From the IMG/VR virus record IMGVR_UViG_2548876794_000003, positions 64,001-128,000 of that record: DNA of 64,000 nucleotides. The stretch is one strand, 5' to 3'. Positions 39,801 through 51,400 of the stretch are shown here, piece after piece. Under the pieces are notes generated by a model that ran no database searches, was not told the DNA's origin, and was given only the letters and a program-made list of their open reading frames with translations. Numbering within the stretch: the stretch's first letter is position 1; each line of letters opens with the position of its first letter. The stretch is from a virus (taxonomy: Duplodnaviria; Caudoviricetes). The translations under genes were made by a program, and so were the position numbers.

Positions 39801-42800
39801 ACATGCAGATAAGATTTCCTCTTACATTGACGACTACCTATCAAAATACCAGAAGGGGACGGTTGTCGATCTAAATCATTACTTTACAAAGTCGGGCGCA
39901 CTTAATAAGAATACGTTGATCAATGACGTTGTTGACAACTTCTTAATGGACTCAAATTACAATTTAAAAGACCATGGTTTTAATGATGAACAAGTTAAAT
40001 TTCTGCAGGATTCACGTAATCTTCGCCGCAAAGATTATACGAAATATGCGGAGGAGCTAATCAACGGTGTCCATAAGTCAGGCGCAAGCTTAGTATTCGA
40101 TGCAGATAAAGGCATCTTCGGTATGACTAGAGGTGGAGAGTACACAAACCTAGCCAATATCGTAGCGCGTGACCGATTCCATAATGGTGTGTTCTATACG
40201 CAAGTCGGCAAAAACCGATTACGCACAGGTACTTACTTAGGAATGTTTGGCGCCGGTGACAAAGATGAATACGCTTTAAGTGATGTAAAAGCTGTGTCTG
40301 GACTCGGAAAATCAATGGATGCTGCGCCAGGGAATCTGGACTGGAGTATTAAACGAGCAATCGAGAATGACGATGATCCGACGAAGAGTGTGGAGCGATG
40401 GTTAAAAAATATTAATAGTTCATTGCGTGAAGGTGCAAGTGTTGATTATTTCAATGAGAAAGATATGAAAGCCCAAGGGCAATTGAATATCTCTAAGTTG
40501 ATAGATAATCTAGGCAAAGTAAAAGGCATTGAGAACATGACTGCTGACGACGAAAGTGAAATTAAAGAACTTATTTCAAGAGCTCGCAAGGACAATTTCA
40601 GTTTTAGTAAGATGACCGATTCTACAAATATGTACATGCAGAAATCAATTAGTCCATTGCTACAATTCCTAACACAGGGCGTGAAAGACGAGTGGGTAAA
40701 AGACTCTGTAAAACGTATCGGAAACCGCGTGAAATCGAGCGCCAATGAAAAAGGGAATTATGGCGTAATTGACTTTCAAACAGAACTTGAAATGTTCAAT
40801 AATGCTTCTCGTGGTATTGATGCGCAAAACAGTTTTATTTCATTTGATGAAGATACAGCGCGTAAGGCCCTATTAACACCAGATGAATATACCGGTGAAT
40901 CGCTTGATAAGCGTGTGGGGATTGGTTCCAACTTGCGTACAGAATTAGGGGCTGCTAGAGACAACATGCTTTCAGAGGAACACACCCAAAAACGCCGTTC
41001 ATCATTTGAGCTTCAACGTGCTGCCTACTCACCTGCAGAGCTACATATGAAACTAAAAGAGGCTTATTTAGCAACAGACGATCAAGCGGAACGCACATCT
41101 ATTCAGAAACTAATGAATATCGGTAACGTGACAGAGGGGGCTGCTGTGATGAACTCACGAGTAGCCGATGCGATTATTCAAGGGTATGACAAACAGAAAA
41201 TAGATTTCTCAAAAGACCTGTTCTCACAAGAATTGAGCGCTGACGTAGAATCTATGACAAAAAAGGAATCGAAAGCCTATAAGAAAAGGATGGACAACAT
41301 CTCAAAAATGGCTCCTGTGTTTAAAGACAAGGGCAATCGCGGTTTCGATTTTAATTACGGAAAAGGTTACTATGTACGTCATGGTGAAACGCTCGCAAAT
41401 GTTCGTTCCGAATACGGCAACAATGTGTCTCCAGTAGCAGCGAAGTACGATGGCTTTGCTCGTTTCGGCTTGTTCACACGAGATGGTGCTCTTGTTTCGG
41501 CAAAAGATGCACAGGAGTTTCTACGCGAACAAGCTCGTAAAAAGCAAGTAAATATCAGTAACATTCAAGAGATGATTGATTTCGCTAAGAATTACTACGA
41601 CACAAAAATGTATGTTGATAAGCTAGACATGACAACATATCGTAAAATCCAAGAAGATAATCTTGAAAAACATATGACAAGTTTTACTTATCAATCATTA
41701 GGCGCCTTAGATGACCACAGTAAACCGTCACAAGGAATTGGAGCAGCATTAGATAACTTAGGCTTAAACCATTTAAAAGGTCGTACGCTTCGTCCAGAAT
41801 TCTTTAACGAGCTACTGTCTGGTGAAGCTTATGACAGTGGTGTACTAAAGACTGCAGCAAAAGGCGGCATGGGTTATCAAAAAGCAATTCAATCGGCTGG
41901 CTTTAAAGATGAAAGTGAATTCAAGCGTCAGCTAGAGAAGGAGCGTCACTTAGCCGGTGACATCCTGCAACAAGTAACAGGAGCAGACGCAATCGTTCAC
42001 TCGGATGATGTAAGCCACAAAAACGCTGGTGCTCGTATCAAATCTGCAATTAATGATATGCACTACAACCAATTAAACGCAGTCATGGACGAGCAAGGCT
42101 TGGCACGAGCTACGCCAGAAGCTATCCGAGAAGCGTCTCAACGAGTCGTTGATGCAGTGGGCGATGCCTTCGAAATCAACGGAAAAGATGGATTGTTTGT
42201 AGATAAAAATAACCGTATAGGATTGACTGGTGGCTTCAACTACTACAACGGCGATGGCGTAAATGTAAACCGGTTAAAAGAAGCATATGATGCGATGATG
42301 CCTGGCACTGATAAACCAGAAAATCAATTTGATAACATCGGGGCTTCTAACGGTAAGGTATCACGCCATGGTTACAATCTAATTAACGACACAACCAACT
42401 TCCAAGGTACAGGACGTACAGAAGTATTGGATGACACAGAGATTAATCGTAATAAAATAGCGATGAAATCAGGATTAAAAATGACTGACCGAGAATTGAA
42501 TATGTTAGAGTTACAACGATACGATAAAGATGAATTAAGCTCTATTCGTTCCGCAATGAATGATGACGCACTATTCAAACGTGCCTTTGGCCATGTATTG
42601 AATGACAATATGGAATTAGCCGACGGCGCGCAAGACATGAAAGTACTTGGACGATATACCGACGAAATCCGTCTAAACCAATTTGCTTCTGCGGGAGATG
42701 CATTATTGCTAAATGCTGACGGTAGCCAAGCGATGCAAAATGTCGAGAGCAACCTCATTAAGTCAGCTAATGCGCTACAAAAACAAAGTGGCGGTGCCGT

Positions 42801-45429
42801 TTCGTTAGAATCAGCAAAACAATATCACTCTGTTGTTAGTAACACGCAAGCGATGCGGTTCAACAATGGCACATTGTCCTTGAATGATTTATTAGAAGAA
42901 GGTAAATCTACTGCCGATAAAAAAATGAACTTCAAAGTAGTTAGCATCGGAGACCTAACTGTATCAAACGGCAACGATGGTGAGATCATTATGAAGGATG
43001 GTAGCTCTGTTTATAACCAAAATGTAGTGATTGATATGAAAGATAAATATTTAGGTGGCGTACCAGAGCGCATGGGTAATCGTTACTTAGCTATTGGTGC
43101 TGTACCGACCTCTGTAATTGGAGATGAAGTGTTAGACAAAAATCCTCACAAAACAATCAATTCAATCGTTTCAGCTCGACAAGCAATTATTGATGGCGAT
43201 GCTGGAACAGCCGAAGCAATTGAACGGAAGAAAGAATTAATCGTTGAAAAAGCAGGGCAATTGAACGATGACTTGTCAGAAGTAGTATTCGGCAAAAAAG
43301 GTGCTATCGGGCAACTAAGCTCTTATCGTGCGCAGCACTCTGCATTCGGTAAGGCGATGCTGCAAGATACTGCTCATGCACTGAATACATACAGTGAAGG
43401 TATGTTCCCGATGCTAGATAACGTTGAAATCGACGGCAAAAAAATCCGAGACCATTATGCGCAAGGTGGTTTAATGGATGTCAAAGTATTCGGTATGGGG
43501 CATGCAGAACGACTTGGCTTATTTGACCAAGAGTATCTGGACCACATCGGCTCTACAAAAGAAGATGTCATCAAGCAATTAGAAGGTGGCGTACTTGGTT
43601 TATCTCAACGTCATCCGGCTGTATACGAAGGTACAAAGCGTTCAACATACTTTGTACTGAACCGTTCGCTAGGCGATGAAGTCATCGAAAGTGCTGCGGG
43701 TGCATTGACTGCTAAAACCGATGCCGATGGTGATAGCCCTGGTAGTGAGCTTTCATCTTACACAGATAAGAAAACAGGACGCCGAGTGGACTCATTAGAG
43801 TATGCATTAAAAGGAGGAGCTGCCGGTGGGCAATTCTCTGCAGACATTAACGAAGCTTTCCAACAGCAAAAATCAAGTAACTATATCAACGCGTATGTTC
43901 GTAACCCACACTTCCAATCGAAGCTAGATAAAGCGAACGCAGAAGCATATGATATTATTCGTGACATTGACTTAGGCGAACGAGGTGAAGCAACCGCTGC
44001 TATGCAAGATGTAGCATGGGGTAAAGACGGCTCGGAGTTGGGCAAACTCCGTCCATCGTTACCACACTTATGGAATGAAAAAGAACGTGCAGAACTAATG
44101 GACGCTAAATCAGACCTACGCAATAAAGCATTGGCTTCTTACGCAACTGAACATAACTTATCGACAGCAGACGCTCTTACTCAACTACGTGGATCTGAAG
44201 AGGGTGGCAGAAGTTTTGAACTACACGAGGACTTTATCTCTCGACAAAAACAAGTAATTCGAGATACTGGTGATGCTGCGCAAGCGGATCTATACGAACG
44301 TGCTATGATTTATGAAGATAAATCCGACAGTTTCAAAGCCGCACAGATGGGTGCATTAAAACGACAAAGCGCTGGTGAAATTAACCTTAGCATGTACAAG
44401 GCTCGTAAGCTGCGTAACCTCTCTATTAACAATGGTTATACGAATGATGAATCACGATTCCTTGAGCATGTATTCGAAGCTTCCGAAGAAGCCTTCCTAT
44501 CTCCGAAGCATAGTGATAAAATCATCGTTGAAAATCCAGACGTGATGGACCAATTCAAACGAGCGTGGGGCTCTGCTACCGGTACACCTCAAAAAGGTGA
44601 TGAAGCGGGGACAGACCTACTGAAACAATACTTCCGCGACCAGACATCAACTCGTATGCGTTGGGAGAGTGAATCTAAGGAAGTTGTTGCGACGAAGATG
44701 GACCGCGCTGCGGATATGATTCAAGAAATCTTTAATAAGTCGGAGAACGGAAAAGATTTCAATATGTTCTTAGGTGCCGTTGGTCAATGGAAAAACGGTA
44801 TTCCAACATCACGAATTGAAGATGCAATGATTGGTATGAACTCATCATCTATGATGTCGCAAGTATATGGTGCGCTCTCAGAAGGCAATGGCGACCTTGG
44901 ATGGGAAACCCGCGACCTTCAAATGCGTGAGCGTATAGAAGGAGCTTTCAGTGACTCAAGACCGCTTCAAGGTAACGACTATATGCCACCAACAGTCCAG
45001 TCGCTTCGCAGCGAGTTTTCTGATAAAATGGGTGGCGTTAAAAACCTACTAAGTAAAGTTAGTGGTAAACAAGCGGTATTTGGTATTGCTGGTATGGCAG
45101 GAATGTCAATGCTAGGCGCATTCGTTGGCGGTAATCCTTCTGAGCCAACAGGACAACATGCAGCGCAAGCCCCATCAGCCGGTGGGTATGAATCAATGCC
45201 GTTATCAGACGGCACTGGATCGGTAAGCCAAATTCCTTCTGGTCAAGGTTATGTCGTGAATGTCAACGCACAATCACCAAAAGGACAAGCACATGCACAA
45301 GAAGCAATTCGACAAGCCGTTCGACAAGCAAGCGGCGGTTCTGTCAATATCTCTATGACAACGCGAAACGAATACAACAACTTGGACAACGAAAGCGTCA
45401 CAAGTATCCTGTCAAATGCGTTTAATTAG
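36838..45429 (+). CDS. single-chain two-barrel (beta+beta'-like) RNA polymerase with N-terminal DEDDh exonuclease, probably virion-packaged (2863 aa)
   Basis: Exonuclease: FDFET / GHNVAQAD / HTAAED. RNAP motifs in order: GNVTEGAAVMNSR, K-x7-K, DAIVHSDDVSHKNAG, GLKMTDRE, FGKKG...YRAQHSA, QRHP, TDADGD, ALKRQSAGEI. SD AAGGAGG before ATG 36838. Confidence 0.8.
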   Translation: MVQESFWENSSIKRFNGKRQKALIQARSEKSAQDALGNTQAGYKALVNEHMKATSFMYANQIKDVVLDNKSPYKFLMNTGKTALKENPDVLNSYADFFNAAASTFTVKEKSGQKFMAENVEVNKIFTINNQSRGTETVSLKDEEAAWKRMQKGAYTVFDFETFGGRNAFGVQTLDQLTEYSFETFDNIKAKKSSNRIEGVVGITDAKKDEFIKKFIGGSRDIQDTRNLNGGLIDFTRFTELEQIQLNTLARMGSKETTISNVDEQFKDGFNGRYRVTKTIANEDVEISKENVLRGVERLHDIGTVQRAGSVNGLQVWEKDLADAMSIATKGDHVLTGHNVAQADVPWFNQTLTRGSKPFRDYYFKELQGELVKTTGGAVFDLLPLARMADLNGALSREIESNPNAQKRLGEMGSTALQQETLVATTLSKNVIENTTNAPHTAAEDTRLFNEIIRGGRINSSDKETLVEKAFRMAKMNMTNEAIPLTAAPSEQQVKESNGTTKNIVMNARKGLFNYKGLSGVIGYNVDQIDGRIRTSNGYEISPDGSVKSGFGDAIIKKDVSYVAQGLQKLTTGNDDGMLDIMKRMGKTDAHMAEGELYKLVLSPVREGNIEPSASTASEKTNMKMNMPVALLGSRDEIQRYLNGNMIAFANATEQLDGSVKLDPIESGMKELANYNTVTHKVEETTPLDVIKRGEKKALNDSFNRSITESELPKIERYMKFSDTVKEFAKEKHIDIGSARNAVMDGAMEIAYQVSRGRTITKDMQDMVGLDAYNILSNNGKHALDYRSLDKAAASLDFIESARAPLNQLIQGIKGKKLGSSKEEQFVFKQVMQGITAELNDSFVQANDPKFKAANKPYISVPSYEKNVIQLSRPSSMREKNGRVMGLDTQEKMLRINLDDSPETKLINAVTKTLRRKSDGAIKSRLLSLAEENNIALDGTSEMNRYQVAQTIVDKIHTQRKVDPLLFAQSGVSANDFSKGSVILSSEAHADKISSYIDDYLSKYQKGTVVDLNHYFTKSGALNKNTLINDVVDNFLMDSNYNLKDHGFNDEQVKFLQDSRNLRRKDYTKYAEELINGVHKSGASLVFDADKGIFGMTRGGEYTNLANIVARDRFHNGVFYTQVGKNRLRTGTYLGMFGAGDKDEYALSDVKAVSGLGKSMDAAPGNLDWSIKRAIENDDDPTKSVERWLKNINSSLREGASVDYFNEKDMKAQGQLNISKLIDNLGKVKGIENMTADDESEIKELISRARKDNFSFSKMTDSTNMYMQKSISPLLQFLTQGVKDEWVKDSVKRIGNRVKSSANEKGNYGVIDFQTELEMFNNASRGIDAQNSFISFDEDTARKALLTPDEYTGESLDKRVGIGSNLRTELGAARDNMLSEEHTQKRRSSFELQRAAYSPAELHMKLKEAYLATDDQAERTSIQKLMNIGNVTEGAAVMNSRVADAIIQGYDKQKIDFSKDLFSQELSADVESMTKKESKAYKKRMDNISKMAPVFKDKGNRGFDFNYGKGYYVRHGETLANVRSEYGNNVSPVAAKYDGFARFGLFTRDGALVSAKDAQEFLREQARKKQVNISNIQEMIDFAKNYYDTKMYVDKLDMTTYRKIQEDNLEKHMTSFTYQSLGALDDHSKPSQGIGAALDNLGLNHLKGRTLRPEFFNELLSGEAYDSGVLKTAAKGGMGYQKAIQSAGFKDESEFKRQLEKERHLAGDILQQVTGADAIVHSDDVSHKNAGARIKSAINDMHYNQLNAVMDEQGLARATPEAIREASQRVVDAVGDAFEINGKDGLFVDKNNRIGLTGGFNYYNGDGVNVNRLKEAYDAMMPGTDKPENQFDNIGASNGKVSRHGYNLINDTTNFQGTGRTEVLDDTEINRNKIAMKSGLKMTDRELNMLELQRYDKDELSSIRSAMNDDALFKRAFGHVLNDNMELADGAQDMKVLGRYTDEIRLNQFASAGDALLLNADGSQAMQNVESNLIKSANALQKQSGGAVSLESAKQYHSVVSNTQAMRFNNGTLSLNDLLEEGKSTADKKMNFKVVSIGDLTVSNGNDGEIIMKDGSSVYNQNVVIDMKDKYLGGVPERMGNRYLAIGAVPTSVIGDEVLDKNPHKTINSIVSARQAIIDGDAGTAEAIERKKELIVEKAGQLNDDLSEVVFGKKGAIGQLSSYRAQHSAFGKAMLQDTAHALNTYSEGMFPMLDNVEIDGKKIRDHYAQGGLMDVKVFGMGHAERLGLFDQEYLDHIGSTKEDVIKQLEGGVLGLSQRHPAVYEGTKRSTYFVLNRSLGDEVIESAAGALTAKTDADGDSPGSELSSYTDKKTGRRVDSLEYALKGGAAGGQFSADINEAFQQQKSSNYINAYVRNPHFQSKLDKANAEAYDIIRDIDLGERGEATAAMQDVAWGKDGSELGKLRPSLPHLWNEKERAELMDAKSDLRNKALASYATEHNLSTADALTQLRGSEEGGRSFELHEDFISRQKQVIRDTGDAAQADLYERAMIYEDKSDSFKAAQMGALKRQSAGEINLSMYKARKLRNLSINNGYTNDESRFLEHVFEASEEAFLSPKHSDKIIVENPDVMDQFKRAWGSATGTPQKGDEAGTDLLKQYFRDQTSTRMRWESESKEVVATKMDRAADMIQEIFNKSENGKDFNMFLGAVGQWKNGIPTSRIEDAMIGMNSSSMMSQVYGALSEGNGDLGWETRDLQMRERIEGAFSDSRPLQGNDYMPPTVQSLRSEFSDKMGGVKNLLSKVSGKQAVFGIAGMAGMSMLGAFVGGNPSEPTGQHAAQAPSAGGYESMPLSDGTGSVSQIPSGQGYVVNVNAQSPKGQAHAQEAIRQAVRQASGGSVNISMTTRNEYNNLDNESVTSILSNAFN

Positions 45430-45440
45430 GGGGAACTATT

Positions 45441-48400
45441 ATGGCATCTACAAAGACTGCTAAAGAATTAAAAGAGCTTTATGGCACGATGAATAAAGAA
45501 AATCTCATTCTAACAGATGAAGATTTCTTCTTGCCGTCCATGGGCGACATGTACGTCAATTCAGTCGATAGCGCACGATTAAATGATTTTGCCGCTTCAC
45601 TGGAAGGCAATGCAGGTAAAGACAAAATGACGAAAGCTTCGTTCTATTTGGAAAATCCATTTGCGAGCGAACTTGGCTTCTATGAAAAGAATCACCTTAT
45701 TTTTGTAAAAGCAAAGCCATTGATTACAACGCAAGATGTACTTGCGGGAAAAGTCGATGGAGACACACTGACCTTCAAGGTCAGTGCTGTCGTTGGTGAT
45801 GACGATGGCAAAGCAAAGTCAAAGATTCAAGAAGAGGTAAAACGCGGTACTGAAAAAATCATCAACGCTGTTAATGACAAGGCTTCATTAGATTTGATGG
45901 ATCGACTAGAGAGCTTAGGATTAGATTTAAGTGATCCTAAGAATAGCGAGTACAAAAAATATTTACGTGAATCAAGTGAGCAAGAATTTAAAATTCGTTT
46001 CCTTGGAATCAATGCACCAGAGGTTTCAAAATGGACACATATGTCGAATATTAATGCGGATTATTTAAAAGTCGAATTTAAAGAATACGGAGACATCAAG
46101 AATGATGAAGCACATTATTATTGCCGACGCTACGAAGGCCGCAAAGATAAAGAAGTAATTGCCTTCGTAACATTGAGTGATGCAATGAGCCATGACGACG
46201 GAATTGACTTGGGTGAAATGTTTATCGAAACGAATAGCGAATATAGTCCATTAACAAAGAGTCGTATTAAATCAGAGAAAAAATTAGACTTCTATTATTT
46301 AAATACAGTAGGTGAGACTGAGAAGAAACGTCGTGAACAGGGTGATTTAGCGCAACGACGCGTAATCAAAGCAATCAATGCTTCTGCAGATGGTTATGTT
46401 TACCTAATGTTAAACACTTCTACTTTGAAGATGGCCACAGACCGCTATGCTTCTATCTTCGATGATGTGACAGCACTGAGTAAAGGTCCTATTAATAAAT
46501 TAAAATACATCTTTAGCCAACTTGTTAGCTACAACGATTATTCATATAAAGGCTATAATATGTGGGGAACTGACGCATATAATCGTTTCCTTGGAACACC
46601 ATATGTCATTACAGACGAAGGTTACGTGAACTTAGCTAAATATGTGATTGCTGGTGACGACGAGAAAATGGTTGACGTATTTCCAGACTATGGCGATACA
46701 CCTTGGTCTGGCGTAAACAATAACTATGCCGATAAGTATTTCAATTTAGCCAGTTATGATTTTGACAACTACGCTCTATATGATGCGACGAAGGTTGCTG
46801 GCGATGATATTGATGACCGCAGAAAGGTACAAGAAGAAATCTTCGGTCGTTCATTTGATGAATTGCGAGAATGGACTGTCGGTATTGGTGACACATTCTT
46901 CTTCGTTCCACCAACAAGTATCAATGTCACGAATGAAGTATCGAATGAACGCCTACGCACAATGCGTTCTAAAGGCTCGATGGTTAAAGGTGGCACCAAG
47001 GTAGATAAGTATATCGAGCTGGACTTGTATTTCAATGACGAGCGCGGTATCAATGGCTACCCTTGGGAGACAACTTTACCAAACGGAGATAAAACTACAT
47101 ATTATATGAATGGATTACGTGCTTTAATTTCGCAATTCAAGTTCACGCCATTTCTACCAATTGAAAATCGTTACATTAATCAGATGTGTAATATCGAAGC
47201 GGTCAATTTACTAACGTTAGAAATCTCTACAGTTGAGGGTTTCCCTCGAACATTAGTAGCTCGTGTCGTACTACAAGCATTTGATTGGCGTACTTATATG
47301 CCAGATTTACCGGCAAACATTCAAATGGATGACCAGCAAGATGAAGATGAATACTTCAACATTTTCGCTAAATCAATCGACTACGCTACGATGCGCTGGT
47401 ATTACCAACGTGCTATTCGAAGAGGGAATAAAGTAGATGGTCTTGATGCAAATTCCATTAAATACATAGAAAAAACATTGGGTAGCAATACTGCATTACA
47501 ACCAATGCACTTTGAAGATTCCGGTGTGAAGTTTTACGTTGCAAACGAAGATTACTTGAAGAAAATGCTTCAAGTGAAAATCAATGCACTTGATACGTCC
47601 AAAACATACGCAGTCTTAACAGATCTTGAAAAAGAACTGTTGGTCGACTTAGCTCCTTTAGGCAAAGCTGCAGATGATGCGCTTACTGACAAAATGATGG
47701 GGCAGTACACAACGAGCTTGATCGATAAATTAAAACCAGCCAAAGATGGCCGCCTACCTGTATTAACTGCAGAGAAAGCAAGCAAAGGGTTGGTTTATGG
47801 AAAAGCGAAACTGGGTTCTCCTAAGATCATGCGAGTTGAAACAAACGGCTTTATTTTTGATGACGAGTACTTCCCAGAATATATGAATCTTGTTCAATCG
47901 AGAATGGTTGACGCATTCAAGGATGTTCAAGGGAAAGAAAAGATTCTAAACGATGTGACACCTTACTACAAAGTAGGAGATGACTACATTACGTTTGGTG
48001 TGTGTCTGGACTTGTATATGCCAGGTTTTACAACACCTGCTCAAATTACAAACCTTATTGCGGAAGCATCTACCGCTACAGGAGTGAGCCGAGATAAATT
48101 TAATTTAGTAGATGAAAAACTATATATCAGTTATCGCGTTGAATTAAAAGATAAAGTTGGTGTAAAAACAGGTATTGACCGATTCATTACAACGGATTAT
48201 GACGGAGTTATCCAATATCCTGCTTTACCAAACACAACGAAGTCGGGCTACGATTATCAGATGTTAGCTTATGCTCAACAATATAAAAAAATCAAAGACA
48301 GCGATGAAGACACCCCGAACGAAGAAGTTGCTGATACAGCGAAGAATGTAGATTACATTAGTCCGTACACTTTGACTTATGATCAATATGAGATGGGCCA

Positions 48401-51400
48401 TGTGACCGTTCAAAATATTTCTGTTAGTACAACGAACAGCTTTATGAAGTATGGACTGAACGGTAGCGAAGGTTACGCCAGCCAGTACATGGGTTCAGAA
48501 GATTCTATTATTGAAATCACGCTTCACTCAATGGATGAATATGCAGTGGGGATGATTAATCAAATGACGTCGCTTCAAACACGCTACGCTCGTGATTACC
48601 GCTTGATTCTTCCAGCCTGCCCATTCCGAATTGATACAGAACTGACACGAACACTTGGGATTAATGAAATCATTTTAGATAAGGTAGAAGTAAGCACTGT
48701 TGCAGGAGCGCCGGGCTTATACGACATACATATTAGTGCTATCTCAATGGACCGTACTTTGCGTAGCCGAGAAGCATTAAACAAAGTGAACGATTGGACG
48801 AACAATGGTTCTATTGGTAACGATAACGCAACAGAGCTTAAATTGAAGTCTTATGACAATTTAAACGAAACATTGGCTGCGGCAGAGTTATATCCAGACC
48901 TTGAATTGCCAACAGTGAAAGAACTTGAATCGAAAGGATTTAACTTTATTCGTCATGTATTCGACAGAGATCGAAGTTATCCAGATCCCGATTTCTATTT
49001 CGTGTATGGGTACTTACTACAAGCAGACGTATTACGAGATGCTGTTTCACAAGCGTACGAGCAAAGTATTGCTGAGTCTACTTGGACTGATGAATACGGC
49101 GGTTCTGTTGAGCTGGAAACAAATAAGGAATTTGGGTACATCACTAAAAAAGAAGGCAAGAATACGAAAGACTTGCACGAAAGTATTAGTAAAGTTGAGG
49201 CAGCTGCAGATAAATCGAAGAGTGTCACAGAATACGTTAATAGTGGAGAAGCCTTAATTGATATTATCCAGTCTGCAGAGGATGCAGAAGGTTGGAGCGT
49301 TTCACCAAAAATACGTGTGCTAGGAATCGACCAGTATCATCAAGATTTATTGCACAGAGATGATGCAATGAAGAAAGGTAAGACAGGCGAGGAACGACAA
49401 GGCAAGTGGTTATCAGAACGAATGGATGAAGCAAGAGAAGCAAGTAAGCTAATCAAAGCCGCTTTAGATAAACCACTGTCAAGCATTGGTCAAGCACATG
49501 ATGCTCGTAAAGATGATGACTTTACTCGTCGTTTTAGTGACCGCGTAATCAGAGAATGTTTGAACGAGGACTTTGGCGATGCTCTCGCGAAATTAAATTT
49601 CTCTGCAGAAGAATTTACGGACAGCGGATCGCAGACAGCAGATTCATTCATCAAGATTTTAAAATCAATCGCTACAGCATTTAGCAGTAAAAAAGAGTGG
49701 ACTAAGAAGGCCGGTAAAGATGGCGACGCTAATTTTAAATATTTAGGTTACGCAATTGATACTGATACGAACAGCTCTGGTAATCGTTCTGCCGCTTCGA
49801 TTGATGATGCTGTTGAGAATGGCGTAGAGTTTTCTGTTTTCGGATTAAAAATGCTGAAACGCAAAAAGCTTAAAAAGCTTGAAGTATATGGCGAAATCCA
49901 TAAGCGTGTAGACGATGATGTAAGCGTGAATATGAACTATTACACGTTAGATCCGTACTACCGTCGTGAAGGTGTAACAGCAAAAGAAATTGAAGAGTAC
50001 AAGCGCGCGTGTTGTACAGATTACACTGTTGCAGCGCAGGCTTTCGTTCGTAATACGATGCTATTCCTTGCAAAAGCAATCGACGAATACATCTTCCCTA
50101 ACATTACATTTGACTTGATGGCCAGTGAACTTCGCGAAGCAATGAAGAGTGTAGAGAATAAGAAACTAGCAGATGAAATCAATGATTACGAAGATTTCCT
50201 TAATGACGAGGATAGACCAATCAATGCTGGTAAGTTATTTATCTGTTCATTAGCTGCAGCGACCAATTCACAAAAAGTTCTGGAGTACGTGAAGCAAGGT
50301 CGATATGAGGACTTAAATCAAATGGTTTACCAGTCTATTAATGAAAAAGGTACGGAGCTTTACGACAATAGCGAAGCAATCTTCTATCGTAAATTCTTCC
50401 GTAAACTAGTTGATTACAAAATGATTGATAACCTCGGAGCAGTAGGGAACGACGATAAGAACATCGTAACGGATCGACGTCGTGAATATCGTGAACGTGT
50501 TTACATTGAAGCGGCGAACAATCCTAGCGAATACATTACGCACTCGTTCCACGATATGACTGTCAATGATATGCGTGGGCGTATGGCTAGAGCATTTCCA
50601 ACGTTCTATATGTTGTTAGTAGATGAAGGGCGACGAATTGGTCTTTGGAAGCTACATGATAACTTCTATAACATCAACTCTATTTCTGAAATCGCAATCA
50701 CAAAATCTCGTAAGAATCCTGCAGACACGATTAAGATAACGATGTCCAATATGTTCCATACATATACAACGGATGACGAAGATATAAAAGTAAATTTTGA
50801 ATATGACTATCGAGATGTATTCAATTCTATCTTTAACTCCGAAGCTTACTACGAAAAAGAAGAAGCGAAGCGAATGGGGCAGCAACCATTGAATCGCGCA
50901 AAATTAAAACCTGGCATTCGTATGCATGTGCGTATGGGCTACAATTCAAACGCAGCCACTTTACCAATCATGTTCAACGGTAGAATCGCTGAGGTGTCAG
51001 CTGGCGAAACAGTTGAAATTGTAGGGCAAGGTGATGGTGTTGAGCTATTAAATACGATTTCCGTTCAAGAGTCTAAGTCCCTTAACCAAGGGAACGGTAA
51101 GCTATGGCTGTACTCAAAAGTAGATGGCCAACAAACGCCAAAAGAAATATTCGACAAAGTACTATGTAATAAAGGTACGATGACGTCGCGCGCCTTAGAT
51201 ACTGTATCGAATGGTTACTATCGTTCATACAATGAATACGGAATTGTTCACTTTGGCGATCCACGTTACAACGTTATATTCGAAAATGGTGAGCCATCAC
51301 AAAATATCTATGAAGCGACTACTCAACCTAAATGGTATAAGGAGCAATCTAAATCAGCAGAATATGGTTTAGAGGAGCCACCACAGATCAGCATCATGAC

